Part shown: positions 10,274 to 19,487 of the stretch, piece after piece
Layout of the letters: the number at the start of each line of letters is the position of its first letter
How positions within the stretch are numbered: the first letter of the stretch is position 1
From: an uncultured Clostridia bacterium
GTDB lineage: Bacteria > Bacillota > Clostridia > TANB77 > CAG-508
Assembly (NCBI GenBank): GCA_947306755.1
Contig: CAMZHI010000003.1
Span: forward strand, 6,489 to 70,488
DNA length: 64,000 bases
Reading direction: 5' to 3'
Translations under genes and position numbers: made by a program
Notes under the pieces: generated by a model
Database searches by the model: none
The model's input: only the letters and a program-made list of their open reading frames with translations
What the model was told of the DNA's origin: nothing

Positions 10274-10600
10274 TTATTTTTTTATATATTTGTTATCCTC
10301 TTCATTATTATCTTCTAAAATATATCTTTCCACCTTCATGTGTAAATCATATTTATTTCTTAATTCCATAATTTTATTCATAGTTTCAGATTTATGATGT
10401 TCATCTAATGCTTCTTGATTTTCCCAACTATCTATTAAAAGTATTGTTTCTTTATCATCTATTGGTTCAAAATATTCATATCTTAAATTTCCTTTTTTAT
10501 TTCTAATTTCTTGAACAACTCCTGAACTAACCATTTCTTCAGCAAATTTTCTTGCTGAACCATTTGAACCTGTATAATAAATATTTATTGTAAAAGCCAT
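10274..10600 (-). CDS. Antibiotic-biosynthesis-monooxygenase (ABM/Dabb) domain protein
   Basis: 108 aa with the ferredoxin-like ABM pattern (LLIDSWENQEALDEHHKSE). Confidence 0.55.
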   Translation of the reverse strand: MAFTINIYYTGSNGSARKFAEEMVSSGVVQEIRNKKGNLRYEYFEPIDDKETILLIDSWENQEALDEHHKSETMNKIMELRNKYDLHMKVERYILEDNNEEDNKYIKK

Positions 10601-10665
10601 ATTTCACCTCCAAATTATATTTATGTTATAGTTTTACACTCCTAACATTTTTTTGATTCCTATAT

Positions 10666-11649
10666 TTACAATTTCAAATTACTTACAGCCTCTTTTTGTG
10701 TAATTTCACTATCATTATTATCTATATCAATCAATTTGTATTTGATATTACCCATACCTAACTCATGCATATAAGAAAGTTGTCTTAATCCATGTCTTGT
10801 TTCAATTCTTTCTACAATATCATGATTTTCTTCTTTTTTCATTGCATAGATTAAATCCACACAAGCTGTATCTAAAGCACAAATATCTCTAGATGCCAAT
10901 ATACCAACATTTGGAGTTACTACAGGAGCTGCATTTATTCCTTCACAATCACATGAAACACTCATATTTCTCATTACGTTGATGAAAGTTATTTTATTTT
11001 TAAAATAATCAACTGTTGCTTTTGTACTTTCAGTCATTCTTTCCATAAATTCTTCTTCTGAAATAGACCATTGGCTTTTACCTGGATAGGTATGAATCAT
11101 TGCTTTTCCAATTCTTCCATCAGCACAACCAATTCCAAGATTTTTATTACTTCCTCCAAAACCACCCATAGCATGTCCTTTAAAATGTGTAAGTGCAATT
11201 AAAGAATCATAATTAACAATGTTTTTGCCCATAGTCATATGATTAAACCATTTACCATTTTTTATAGGTAAATCAACAGTTCCATTTTCATCTATAATAT
11301 CAACAGGGCAAAAATCCCAACCATTTATTTTTAAAGTCTCTCTATGTTGTTCTGTAGTATATCTATCACCATCATAATATGTGTTTGTCTCAATTACTGT
11401 TGCTTTTGGACATTCATCTTTTATAAAATCTTTTACCCACTCTCTTGGAATAATATTTGGCCCATGAGGCTCTCCTGTATGTAATTTAATTGCTATTTTT
11501 CCATCAATATTTTCATTTATTTTTTCATATATTTTCTTTAACCCCTCTGAACTTAAATCACGAGTAAAATACACCACTGATTCATCGCTATTTCTTTCAT
11601 TAAATGGAATATATATTTCTCCGCCAATTTTTGCTTTATTTTCTTCCAT
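10666..11649 (-). CDS. DUF362-like protein
   Basis: 327 aa. The pattern IAIKLHTGEP...THFKGHAMGGFGGSNKNLGIGC resembles the DUF362 family from memory. Not verified. Confidence 0.45.
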   Translation of the reverse strand: MEENKAKIGGEIYIPFNERNSDESVVYFTRDLSSEGLKKIYEKINENIDGKIAIKLHTGEPHGPNIIPREWVKDFIKDECPKATVIETNTYYDGDRYTTEQHRETLKINGWDFCPVDIIDENGTVDLPIKNGKWFNHMTMGKNIVNYDSLIALTHFKGHAMGGFGGSNKNLGIGCADGRIGKAMIHTYPGKSQWSISEEEFMERMTESTKATVDYFKNKITFINVMRNMSVSCDCEGINAAPVVTPNVGILASRDICALDTACVDLIYAMKKEENHDIVERIETRHGLRQLSYMHELGMGNIKYKLIDIDNNDSEITQKEAVSNLKL

Positions 11650-12045
11650 TTTGATTCCTCCTTGCTAAACTTATTTAACATTTCTTAATCATTTTCTTAT
11701 AACTTATATTATTTATAACCCACAAAACTCAATTACAAATATAATACCTAAAATTGAAGCTATTCCAAACCCTACAAATATTTTTATATCTTTTTTTCTA
11801 TATTTAAAAAATGCTACAATTAGAGAAATAATATTATATACTATTATTGATAATAGAGATATAATTTGCCATCCGCTATCTTTTGAAAAAGAAGTAGGAT
11901 ATTCCGGCTCTGGTGCATATTTTATTATTAAATCTGTTTGTCTTTATTATTTTATATAACAATATCATATTTTTCTTTTTATATCAATGTTTTTGTTGAT
12001 GGTTCCTATGTAATTATGCATTGCTTAGACGAATAACCTTATAAG

Positions 12046-12061
12046 ATAAATTGTAATTTAT
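12046..12061. repeat. Junction motif copy a (ATAAATTGTAATTTAT)
   Basis: Exact AAATTGTAATTT at 12048-12059. Its reverse complement supplies the TAA stop of gene 12058..12738. Confidence 0.8.
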
Positions 12062-12738
12062 TCTTCTCTCAAAAAAACATTTAACTTATTATAAAAATCT
12101 TTGCTATTAAAAATATAATTACAATGACCTGATTTTTCTAATATAAATAGTTTTGAATTTTTAATACTATTTGAAATATATTCTGCTTCATCTCTTGGAA
12201 CTAAATCTTTAATCCCCCCATTACAAACTAATGTAGGAATGTTGATTGTATTTAGTTCTTCTTTAGTTATAGAGTGTGATTCAAAATTTAACTTTTCAAA
12301 CATTTCATTACTTTTTTTACCTGGATACCAAGGTATTTTTTCCATAATTTTAGCATAATTAGGTTTTTCTATAACATTATTTCTTGCCACTCCACTACAA
12401 ATAACTAATTTTGATATACTATCTGGATAACGTATTGCAACATTTAATGCAACTGTTCCACCACCACTACAACCTAACAAAATTGGTCTATCCAAATTTA
12501 ATTTCTTTATAAACTCATAAACATCTTTTGCTGATTCCTCATAAGTTAATGTGCAATTTTTTTCGCTTTTACCACAACATCTTCTATCAAAAATATATAC
12601 TTTATACTTATCTTTTAATCTATTTGCAATAAATTTCATTAATCCTGTATTTACACTATTAGGATTTAACAAAATTATTGATTTTCCTTCTCCTAAAACT
12701 TCATAATGAATTTTTATATTGTTCACAATTATATCCAA
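12058..12738 (-). CDS. Alpha/beta hydrolase
   Basis: Nucleophile elbow LLGCSGGG and a C-terminal SGHC histidine region. 226 aa. Confidence 0.7.
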   Translation of the reverse strand: MDIIVNNIKIHYEVLGEGKSIILLNPNSVNTGLMKFIANRLKDKYKVYIFDRRCCGKSEKNCTLTYEESAKDVYEFIKKLNLDRPILLGCSGGGTVALNVAIRYPDSISKLVICSGVARNNVIEKPNYAKIMEKIPWYPGKKSNEMFEKLNFESHSITKEELNTINIPTLVCNGGIKDLVPRDEAEYISNSIKNSKLFILEKSGHCNYIFNSKDFYNKLNVFLREE

Positions 12739-12759
12739 ATTAATCTCCCCTACAACTTA

Positions 12760-12852
12760 CTATTTTTTGTTTGGTAAACCTTTACAAGTAATATTATCTA
12801 ATAAATCTAATTGTTCTAATATATACTCTTTATATTCTTTTGATGTTGCCAT
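12760..12852 (-). pseudogene. TfoX/Sxy N-terminal fragment (30 codons)
   Basis: Own translation gives MATSKEYKEYILEQLDLLDNITCKGLPNKK*. It matches the usual TfoX_N start (..SKEY.E.ILEQL..L..IT) and then terminates. Confidence 0.45.
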
Positions 12853-12863
12853 AATTAAATCTC

Positions 12864-12992
12864 CTAATTACATTTTCCACACCATCTGCAACCATTACAG
12901 CTATTTCTTCTTTTACAAGTTTTACATCCATGCCAAGGATTCCATATATCATTCATTTTATTATTATTTCCTTAATAGAACTATATCTTATT
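12864..12992 (-). pseudogene. Internally deleted copy of the DUF5131 gene plus its upstream region
   Basis: 12871-12928 is identical to 33173-33230 (the 3' end of gene 33154..33987). 12929-12992 is near-identical to 33959-34024 (5' end plus leader). The fused frame reads MNDIWNPWHGCKTCKRRNSCNGCRWCGKCN*. Confidence 0.8.
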
Positions 12993-13048
12993 TTTCTTAT
13001 TCATTATATTACATATTTATAAAAAATAAAAGACTCTCCTAGAATATT

Positions 13049-13073
13049 AAAAAGCAGGGATATTTCACCCTGC
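13049..13073 (-). terminator. Rho-independent terminator
   Basis: Stem GCAGGG / CCCTGC with T-runs on both strands, directly after the stop of ORF 13080..13511. Confidence 0.6.
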
Positions 13074-13079
13074 AATTTT

Positions 13080-13511
13080 TTATCTCATCCAGCTTACCCA
13101 TGAATGATTGGCTGTTATTAAATGTTCTATTGCTTTATCAATATTCTCAATCACTTTGTCGCTTTCAACTATCGTATTTATTTCATCTTCAGTTAATTCT
13201 TTAAATTCCACACTTATTTTTAAATTAGTTATTACTATCTTTTTAAAGTTATCATCCATTAATTCTAATGTTTCCTTTTTATCTAATAATCTGTTGTCTT
13301 CTAATTGTTTATAACATAGGCATAAAAGTTTTAGATATAATTCATTTTCTAATAATTCTTGTTTGTGATTCTTTAAGAATCTTAATAACTCATTATAATT
13401 GTAATTATTCTTTCTTAATCGGTTATAACCGACATTTTTTCTTAAATTATTTCGATAAATTGTAATTTTTAGTTCTAATACTTGTTTGCAATACCAAAAT
13501 CTTGTTAACAT
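13080..13511 (-). CDS. Hypothetical protein (K/E/L-rich, helical)
   Basis: 143-aa ORF followed by a terminator. Its first ~25 codons lie inside a repeat that occurs in truncated form at 15214-15274 and 31251-31300, so coding status is uncertain. Confidence 0.4.
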   Translation of the reverse strand: MLTRFWYCKQVLELKITIYRNNLRKNVGYNRLRKNNYNYNELLRFLKNHKQELLENELYLKLLCLCYKQLEDNRLLDKKETLELMDDNFKKIVITNLKISVEFKELTEDEINTIVESDKVIENIDKAIEHLITANHSWVSWMR

Positions 13512-13514
13512 CTC
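13454..13514. repeat. Junction motif copy b with extended ~60-bp repeat
   Basis: GATAAATTGTAATTT at 13454-13468, followed by GTTCTAATACTTGTTTGCAATACCAAAATCTTGTTAACATC. About 85-90 percent identical to 15214-15274. Confidence 0.8.
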
Positions 13515-13535
13515 AATAAATTTATCTTTCAGAAT

Positions 13536-15098
13536 TTATATGTTGTTATACTTATTTCTTTTAATTATAAAAGCTACAATTATTGTAGCAACTATTACAG
13601 TACCACAACTTACTGGTATTATAATTCCAGCATTAGGAAGTATTGTTTTAGCAGTAGTTGTATCTGTATTAGTTTCTAAAGACGTTGTTGCACCTTTGTA
13701 ATTAGTAGATGTTATTGCTGTACCATTTACATATAAAGTATGTCCGTTTAAGTTAATATTGCTATTATCTGAAACATCATTATTCAAAGATGTTATATAA
13801 GAATCTCCTGTTAAAGTTATGCCAGAACTACTATCTAATGTAATATTAATTGCTTTAGCTGTATTATCACTATTGATTGTTCCTGAATAACTACTTCCAT
13901 TTTTTAATGATAAATCTAATGTAGAAATATTATCAACTAAAATATCTCCTTCAATTTTTTGATTTTTTGCATTTAATGTAACATTTCCACCATTTGAACC
14001 TGATGTTCCCCATTTTGCTGCTCCTATTTTTAAAAATCCACCATCAGCATCATTATTTATTATTTCATTATTTTCTAGTTCAATAACTGTACTTGTATTA
14101 GTAACAAATATTATCTCGCCTTTATTATTTACTATTTTAGAATCTTTTGCAGTAAATGCCGATGTTCCCACATCAGCATCTCCTGACATTGATTGATATA
14201 TAAATATAGATTTATATGTTTCTGAATTTCCATTTAATTTTGTGTTTGTTGCTTCCATTGTTACATTATTTAAAGTTACAGAATTTTTTCCCTCTACAAC
14301 TACACCTTCTGAAGCTGTTGATGTTAAATTTGCATTATTTACCGTTATGTCTGCTGTTGAATAAATTACAGGTGAACCTGTTCCATGTGATGTATAAGTA
14401 CCACCATTTACAGTTAAAGTTCCTCCTCCTCTATCACTTCTTATTGGTGCTGATGAATTTCCATCTGTTTCTGCTGTTACATTATTCGCTGTTAAAGTTC
14501 CTCCTCCAGTTACCATTACAGCTCCTGAATTATTGCTTGATGTTTTAATATTGGTATCTGAAATATTTATTGTTCCATTTGAATAAGCAAATACACCATT
14601 TGCATGTGATCCATTTGTTGTAACATTTCCACCATTAATGTTTAGTGTTCCTTCTTTTACTAAAACAGCTGCATTAGTTCCATAAAAGTCAGAATTATCT
14701 CCATCTGAATCTCCTGATTTGGTAACTGTTGAATTTGAAATAGTTGATGTTCCACCTGTTACTAATAAAGCATTTTGAGAACCTGCCTCCGAAGAATAAG
14801 TTTGTCCATTATTTGTAGTATCACTTGATATTTCAGTTGCTCCTGTATGTGATACATTGCTACTTCCATTGTTTCCTCCTGGAGCTCCTTTATTTCCATC
14901 TGGTTTATTTGGTGGTGTTCCTCCATTTGAACTTGACATTTCTCCACTTGGCTTATCTGGTGGTGTTCCTCCATTTGAACTTGACATTTCTCCACTTGGC
15001 TTATCTGGTGGTGCAGCAAAAACTACTGTATAATTTAATGTTAATGTCAAAATAACAACAATAGATAAAATTGTTTTTGTAAATCTTTTCATATACAT
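13536..15098 (-). CDS. Secreted beta-helix, carbohydrate-binding (Cthe_2159-like) surface protein with a C-terminal sorting-signal-like anchor
   Basis: Signal peptide, duplicated PPDKPSGEMSSSNGGT, and G/N/T-rich repeats (GGTLT..NGG). The C-terminal LPNAG plus hydrophobic helix plus KRNK resembles an LPxTG-type signal. Family assigned from memory. Confidence 0.6.
   Translation of the reverse strand: MYMKRFTKTILSIVVILTLTLNYTVVFAAPPDKPSGEMSSSNGGTPPDKPSGEMSSSNGGTPPNKPDGNKGAPGGNNGSSNVSHTGATEISSDTTNNGQTYSSEAGSQNALLVTGGTSTISNSTVTKSGDSDGDNSDFYGTNAAVLVKEGTLNINGGNVTTNGSHANGVFAYSNGTINISDTNIKTSSNNSGAVMVTGGGTLTANNVTAETDGNSSAPIRSDRGGGTLTVNGGTYTSHGTGSPVIYSTADITVNNANLTSTASEGVVVEGKNSVTLNNVTMEATNTKLNGNSETYKSIFIYQSMSGDADVGTSAFTAKDSKIVNNKGEIIFVTNTSTVIELENNEIINNDADGGFLKIGAAKWGTSGSNGGNVTLNAKNQKIEGDILVDNISTLDLSLKNGSSYSGTINSDNTAKAINITLDSSSGITLTGDSYITSLNNDVSDNSNINLNGHTLYVNGTAITSTNYKGATTSLETNTDTTTAKTILPNAGIIIPVSCGTVIVATIIVAFIIKRNKYNNI
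14911..15006. repeat. Perfect 48-bp tandem duplication inside the surface-protein gene
   Basis: GGTGGTGTTCCTCCATTTGAACTTGACATTTCTCCACTTGGCTTATCT occurs twice, with partial units on both sides. It encodes the duplicated PPDKPSGEMSSSNGGT. Confidence 0.9.
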
Positions 15099-15213
15099 CT
15101 TCCTTTATTTTTTTAATTTATATTAAATATATTAAACAAACATTAAAATAACATTGAAAACTTTAATTTTTCATCATAACTTATTCGTATTTTCCAAATA
15201 TTCCGATAATTTT

Positions 15214-15274
15214 GATAAATTGTAATTTTTTGTTCTAATACTTGTTAACAACACCAAAATATTGTTAACATCTT
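15214..15274. repeat. Junction motif copy c with extended repeat
   Basis: GATAAATTGTAATTT at 15214-15228, followed by GTTCTAATACTTGTTAACAACACCAAAATATTGTTAACATC. Lies between genes 15279.. and ..15098. Confidence 0.8.
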
Positions 15275-15278
15275 AATC

Positions 15279-16265
15279 TTATTTTATACTTTTTCTTATA
15301 AATTCTTCTATTTTATCAAATGGTATAATATCTTTTTGGTCATACAAATCACAATGTGAAGCACCTTCTATTGAAAGAAATTCCTTATTATTTGCATATT
15401 TACTATCTTTAATCATATTTTCATAAGCATCTTTTCCAAAATAATATGAATGCGCTTTATCTCCATGCACTATCATTACTGCATTTCTTATTTCTTTTGC
15501 ATAATAGAATAATCTTGTATTTAAAAGTGATGTTCCTGCTGTAATATTCCATCCTCCATTAGAATTCAAACTTCTCTTATGGTATCCACGAGGAGTTTTA
15601 TAATATGCATAGTAATCTTTTACAAATTGTGGTGCATCTTCTGGTAGTGGATCTACAACTCCTCCACCTAATTTATATTCTCCTGCTTTAAAATCTTCTG
15701 TTCTTTGATTATTTATTGCTACTCTTTTATTATATCTTGCTTCTTCACTATCTTCTCCATCAAAATATCCATTCCCTGTAACTCTTGACATATCATACAT
15801 TGTTGATGCAATTGTAGCCTTTATTCTAGTATCTATACATGCTGTTTGAATAGCCATTCCACCCCAGCCACATATACCAATTATTGATATTTTTTCACTA
15901 TCAACATTTTCTAAATTTGACAAAAAGTCAACTGCTGATTGGAAATCTTCAACATTTATGTCTGGAGAGTTCATATATCTTGGTTCTCCTGTACTTTCTC
16001 CTGTAAAAGATGGATCAAATGCTATTGTTAGAAACCCTCTTTCTGCCATTTCTTGAGCATATAATCCTGAACTTTGTTCTTTTACTGCTCCAAAAGGTCC
16101 ACTTACTGCTATTGCAGGAAGTTTTCCATCATATTCTTTTGGGACATACATATCAGCTACTAATGTAATTCCAAAATGATTTTTAAAAGTTACTTTTTTA
16201 GACTCAACTTTTTCACTCTTTGGGAATACTTTATCCCATTCTTGATTTAATTTTAATTCTTCCAT
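15279..16265 (-). CDS. Alpha/beta hydrolase, dienelactone-hydrolase-like
   Basis: 328 aa. GICGWGG resembles the G-x-C-x-G nucleophile motif of the DLH family, and there is a C-terminal His (GASHCDLY). Confidence 0.6.
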   Translation of the reverse strand: MEELKLNQEWDKVFPKSEKVESKKVTFKNHFGITLVADMYVPKEYDGKLPAIAVSGPFGAVKEQSSGLYAQEMAERGFLTIAFDPSFTGESTGEPRYMNSPDINVEDFQSAVDFLSNLENVDSEKISIIGICGWGGMAIQTACIDTRIKATIASTMYDMSRVTGNGYFDGEDSEEARYNKRVAINNQRTEDFKAGEYKLGGGVVDPLPEDAPQFVKDYYAYYKTPRGYHKRSLNSNGGWNITAGTSLLNTRLFYYAKEIRNAVMIVHGDKAHSYYFGKDAYENMIKDSKYANNKEFLSIEGASHCDLYDQKDIIPFDKIEEFIRKSIK

Positions 16266-16285
16266 ATCTTAAATTCCTCCATATT

Positions 16286-16924
16286 TTAAATTCCTAATTT
16301 ATTTAACCAACTATCAACTTTACTGCTTTGGTCAGAAACCATATCTCCACCACGAATTGGTAATCCCTCAAGAACCTTTGCTTTTGGTTCTAATTTTTGA
16401 ATATCTTCATAAGTTCCTGAACTTCCTGAACCTTCATGAGTATTAAATGGTATTATGGTTTTGTCTGCAAAGTCATAATTATCAAATAATGTGTACATAG
16501 CCATTGGCATTTGATACCACCAAATTGGATATCCTATAAATATAGTATCATAATCATCTAAATTGATATTTAATGTTTTTAATTTTGGTCTATCATCATT
16601 CTCTTTCTCTTTTTTAGCATCATCTACTAATTCATTATAATCTGTTGGATATACTTTTTCTGTTTCAATTCTTATAAAATCTCCTCCAACTTTATCACTT
16701 ATAAGTTTTGCCAATTTTTGAGTATTTCCTGTTTCAGAAAAATAAATAACTAATATTTTATCACTATTTAAATTTAATTTTGCTTCTTTTCCTTGCTCAT
16801 CAGTAATTGTTGAATCTAAAGTTTGATTTTCTTCTGTATTAATGTTTTTAATAATAACAGCTCCTAATACTCCAACAACAACTAATGCAATTAAACAAAT
16901 AATTATTATTTTAACTTTATTCAT
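16286..16924 (-). CDS. Membrane-anchored flavodoxin-family protein
   Basis: N-terminal TM helix, then LVIYFSETGNTQKLA and GYPIWWYQMP flavodoxin motifs. Confidence 0.75.
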   Translation of the reverse strand: MNKVKIIIICLIALVVVGVLGAVIIKNINTEENQTLDSTITDEQGKEAKLNLNSDKILVIYFSETGNTQKLAKLISDKVGGDFIRIETEKVYPTDYNELVDDAKKEKENDDRPKLKTLNINLDDYDTIFIGYPIWWYQMPMAMYTLFDNYDFADKTIIPFNTHEGSGSSGTYEDIQKLEPKAKVLEGLPIRGGDMVSDQSSKVDSWLNKLGI

Positions 16925-17592
16925 AGATTATTCCTTCTTTCCCCAGTTTTCCACTTTATAATTTTCTCAATATTATAAGTAATTATTGATACTCCAAATA
17001 TTATCATAAAATTATTCCATAATGAAATCCAAATATTGTTTGTATAATTGCCAAATGATGCTTTTGCAATTAAATAATTAATTATATTTGTATCAAAGAA
17101 TAGTTTTATTCCATAGATTACAATTAATATTTGCAATAAATCCACTATATATTTTAAAATTTTATTCTTTTTTACTTTGCTAATTAACTTTGCAAAAATT
17201 GCTTTAAAATGTAATCCCAAATGCATTGACAAAAATATCATTCCCCAATAGCTAAAAAGTATATGGAGTTTACTAACTACTGCTCCATTAGAAATACTAA
17301 AAAAACTAAATAATTCTTTTGATATTGGTATTCCTAAAATTATTGTAAATAGCATAAATATTAAAAATCCTATATCAACAATTGTTAAGAAAGCTCTTGA
17401 AGAATTATATTTCCCTTTAAATAAATTTCTATAAAAATTTATATTTAAAATATTATGTATGATAAATAATATTAATAATACAATTCCTAATATTTCATGA
17501 ATTAATTGTCCTGTATATATTTTAGAATATTCTAATATCATAAATATAAACATTAAAAAATCTACTATTATTCTATATGCTTTATTTTTCAT
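16921..17592 (-). CDS. DUF4405-like integral membrane protein
   Basis: 223 aa, about 6 TM helices with conserved His residues (HEILG, HNILN, MHLGLH). Overlaps the flavodoxin gene by 4 nt. Confidence 0.5.
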   Translation of the reverse strand: MKNKAYRIIVDFLMFIFMILEYSKIYTGQLIHEILGIVLLILFIIHNILNINFYRNLFKGKYNSSRAFLTIVDIGFLIFMLFTIILGIPISKELFSFFSISNGAVVSKLHILFSYWGMIFLSMHLGLHFKAIFAKLISKVKKNKILKYIVDLLQILIVIYGIKLFFDTNIINYLIAKASFGNYTNNIWISLWNNFMIIFGVSIITYNIEKIIKWKTGERRNNL

Positions 17593-17603
17593 ATCATATC
17601 CTT

Positions 17604-18212
17604 TTAATTATCCAATTCTATTTTAACATCAAAGCTTCCACTTAATTTATCAATTTCACTAATTGTAGAAGTTATAACTCCAATATTAACTTGATCACCA
17701 TATTGTTCTGATATTTCTTCATCTTTGAAAAGAATTGTGTAATATGGTGCATCAATAGCATAATCAATATCTCCATTTAGCCAACCATAATGCACTTCAT
17801 CTTCGTTATATGGTAATTTTTCTGTTACTCCACAAAAGTCATGTGTATATCTTGATTCATGTTGTGTGATAGGCAACTTTTGAATCAAAGCTTTTGCTGT
17901 TTCCGAATCATTCAACACACCATAAATAACTGTGTCTCCAAAAGTCATTTTAATTTTTGTTCCACCAGTTACTACCCTTGTAGCTTTATTTTTATCTTGT
18001 GTTTGAATAGATTCTCCATCTCTCAGGCTATTTTTGGCTGTCTTTTTTTCATTATTATTTTGTGTACTTGCTTTTGCATTACTACTTAAATCACTACTAT
18101 ATTGATTTGTTTGAGAATTCTTTCCATTTTTATTAGATATAAAATATCCTCCTAAAACTAAAATAATCACAACTAATAGGGCTAAAATCACAATTATTAT
18201 TTTTTTATTCAT
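17604..18212 (-). CDS. Membrane-anchored cyclophilin-like-fold protein
   Basis: ORF 17604..18227. Start at ATG (MNKKIII) after GGAGGTG. TM anchor, low-complexity linker, then the pattern MTFGDTVIYGVLNDSETAKALIQKLP. Confidence 0.5.
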   Translation of the reverse strand: MNKKIIIVILALLVVIILVLGGYFISNKNGKNSQTNQYSSDLSSNAKASTQNNNEKKTAKNSLRDGESIQTQDKNKATRVVTGGTKIKMTFGDTVIYGVLNDSETAKALIQKLPITQHESRYTHDFCGVTEKLPYNEDEVHYGWLNGDIDYAIDAPYYTILFKDEEISEQYGDQVNIGVITSTISEIDKLSGSFDVKIELDN

Positions 18213-18228
18213 TAATCTCACCTCCAAA

Positions 18229-18771
18229 CTATATATTCTTTCCTAAATTATAGGCTTCTTCTAATTTATCTTTATGGCTCAATATATCTCCGACATCATT
18301 TGCACCAGTTCCTTTTACAACACCTTTTAAAGTTACGCCTTCAAAGCATTCTACCCAACCTTCAATATCTTTTATTGCTCCATCCATTGCTTTTGAATCT
18401 GTATCATTTGCTGCTGTTAGTAGGTAAACATCTTTAAAATTATGACCTACTCCATATATTGGATTCATTCTATCTAAAAATGTTTTTAACTGCCCACTTA
18501 CTGCATAATAATAAATTGGTGTTGCAAAGCATAGAACATCAGCTGTTCTAACCTTTTCCATTAATTCTTTTGCATCATCATCTATAACGCAATGATTTAA
18601 TTTTAAGCAAGCAAAACAACCTCTACAATAATTTAATGTAATATCACGAAGAAATATTGTTTCCACTTCATTTCCAGTTTCTTTTGCTCCTCTTATAAAT
18701 TCATTTGCCAAAGTTTCACTATTTCCATTTTTTCTAAAACTACTTGATACTACTACAACTTTTTTACTCAT
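18229..18771 (-). CDS. Flavodoxin-like FMN reductase / iron-sulfur flavoprotein-like
   Basis: VVVVSSSFRKNGNSETLA and CRGCFAC motifs. Confidence 0.7.
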   Translation of the reverse strand: MSKKVVVVSSSFRKNGNSETLANEFIRGAKETGNEVETIFLRDITLNYCRGCFACLKLNHCVIDDDAKELMEKVRTADVLCFATPIYYYAVSGQLKTFLDRMNPIYGVGHNFKDVYLLTAANDTDSKAMDGAIKDIEGWVECFEGVTLKGVVKGTGANDVGDILSHKDKLEEAYNLGKNI

Positions 18772-18827
18772 TTTTTAATTCCTCCTATTTATTTACTTAT
18801 TTTCAATTAATTCCATTTTCCTCTCCT

Positions 18828-19475
18828 TTAGTCTATACTTAATATTAAAGTTACATCTTCTGAACCTAATATATTCTTTAATTCAGCTCCACTTACATTT
18901 TGAACTTTTCCAAGTTTTGTATAACTCCATGAGTTTGAATTATAAAATAATGATATTTGATTTCCTTGATACAAAACTATATCTCCTGCTGATGTAGTTA
19001 TACTTTTATCATTTCTTGGTAAACTAAAGCCCAAATTACCTACTTTTTCAAATCCTCCATATTCGTTTGCATTGACTGAAATATCTCCATTCTTCAATCT
19101 TTCTACTAGGCTTTTTGTAGCTTCATTATCTTCTAATTTAACTTCTAAAACATTGTTATTAACTTTAATTTTTATCATATCTATATTTTCCTCTTTTATT
19201 TTTTCCGTTACTTGTTCTTGTATTGGAGTTTCTGTAGTTTTTTCTGTTTTTGTAGAATTAGTTTCAGTTGTAATATTTACATCTTCTATACTTTGATTAG
19301 AAGAAATATTTTTTTGTATATTCTCATTGCTTTTTATATTCTCCTTATTACTATAGTTTTGATTTGTTTCTAATTCGTTTCTATTTGTATTTTGTTTGTT
19401 AATTAAAATAATGGCAATTATTAGTGCTAAAATTATTAAACCTATAACGATATATATAATTAATTTCTTATTCAT
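18828..19475 (-). CDS. Membrane-anchored cyclophilin-like-fold protein (paralog of 17604..18212)
   Basis: TM anchor plus linker plus IKVNNNVLEVKLEDNEATKSLVERL...GDIVLYQGNQISLFY. Confidence 0.5.
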   Translation of the reverse strand: MNKKLIIYIVIGLIILALIIAIILINKQNTNRNELETNQNYSNKENIKSNENIQKNISSNQSIEDVNITTETNSTKTEKTTETPIQEQVTEKIKEENIDMIKIKVNNNVLEVKLEDNEATKSLVERLKNGDISVNANEYGGFEKVGNLGFSLPRNDKSITTSAGDIVLYQGNQISLFYNSNSWSYTKLGKVQNVSGAELKNILGSEDVTLILSID

Positions 19476-19487
19476 AACTTAAACTCC

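Noticed and set aside
11700-11945. Open frame for a small hydrophobic peptide on the minus strand (..GWQIISLLSIIVYNIISLIVAFFKYRKKDIKIFVGFGIASILGIIFVIEFCGL*).
   Set aside because: No ATG or RBS precedes it, only stops directly upstream. It is possibly the C-terminal remnant of a membrane-protein gene, but this is not supportable as a feature.
12719-13042. 107-aa plus-strand ORF.
   Set aside because: It runs across the TfoX fragment, the DUF5131 remnant and an intergenic leader. Its sequence is low-complexity (Y/F/I-rich) with no RBS.
13472-15272. TTGTTAACAA palindromes in the extended repeat as Rex (redox repressor) boxes, given the many flavodoxin genes.
   Set aside because: As I recall the Rex consensus, the half-sites are separated by a spacer (TTGTTAA-N4-TTAACAA). 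Here the halves abut, so the spacing does not fit.
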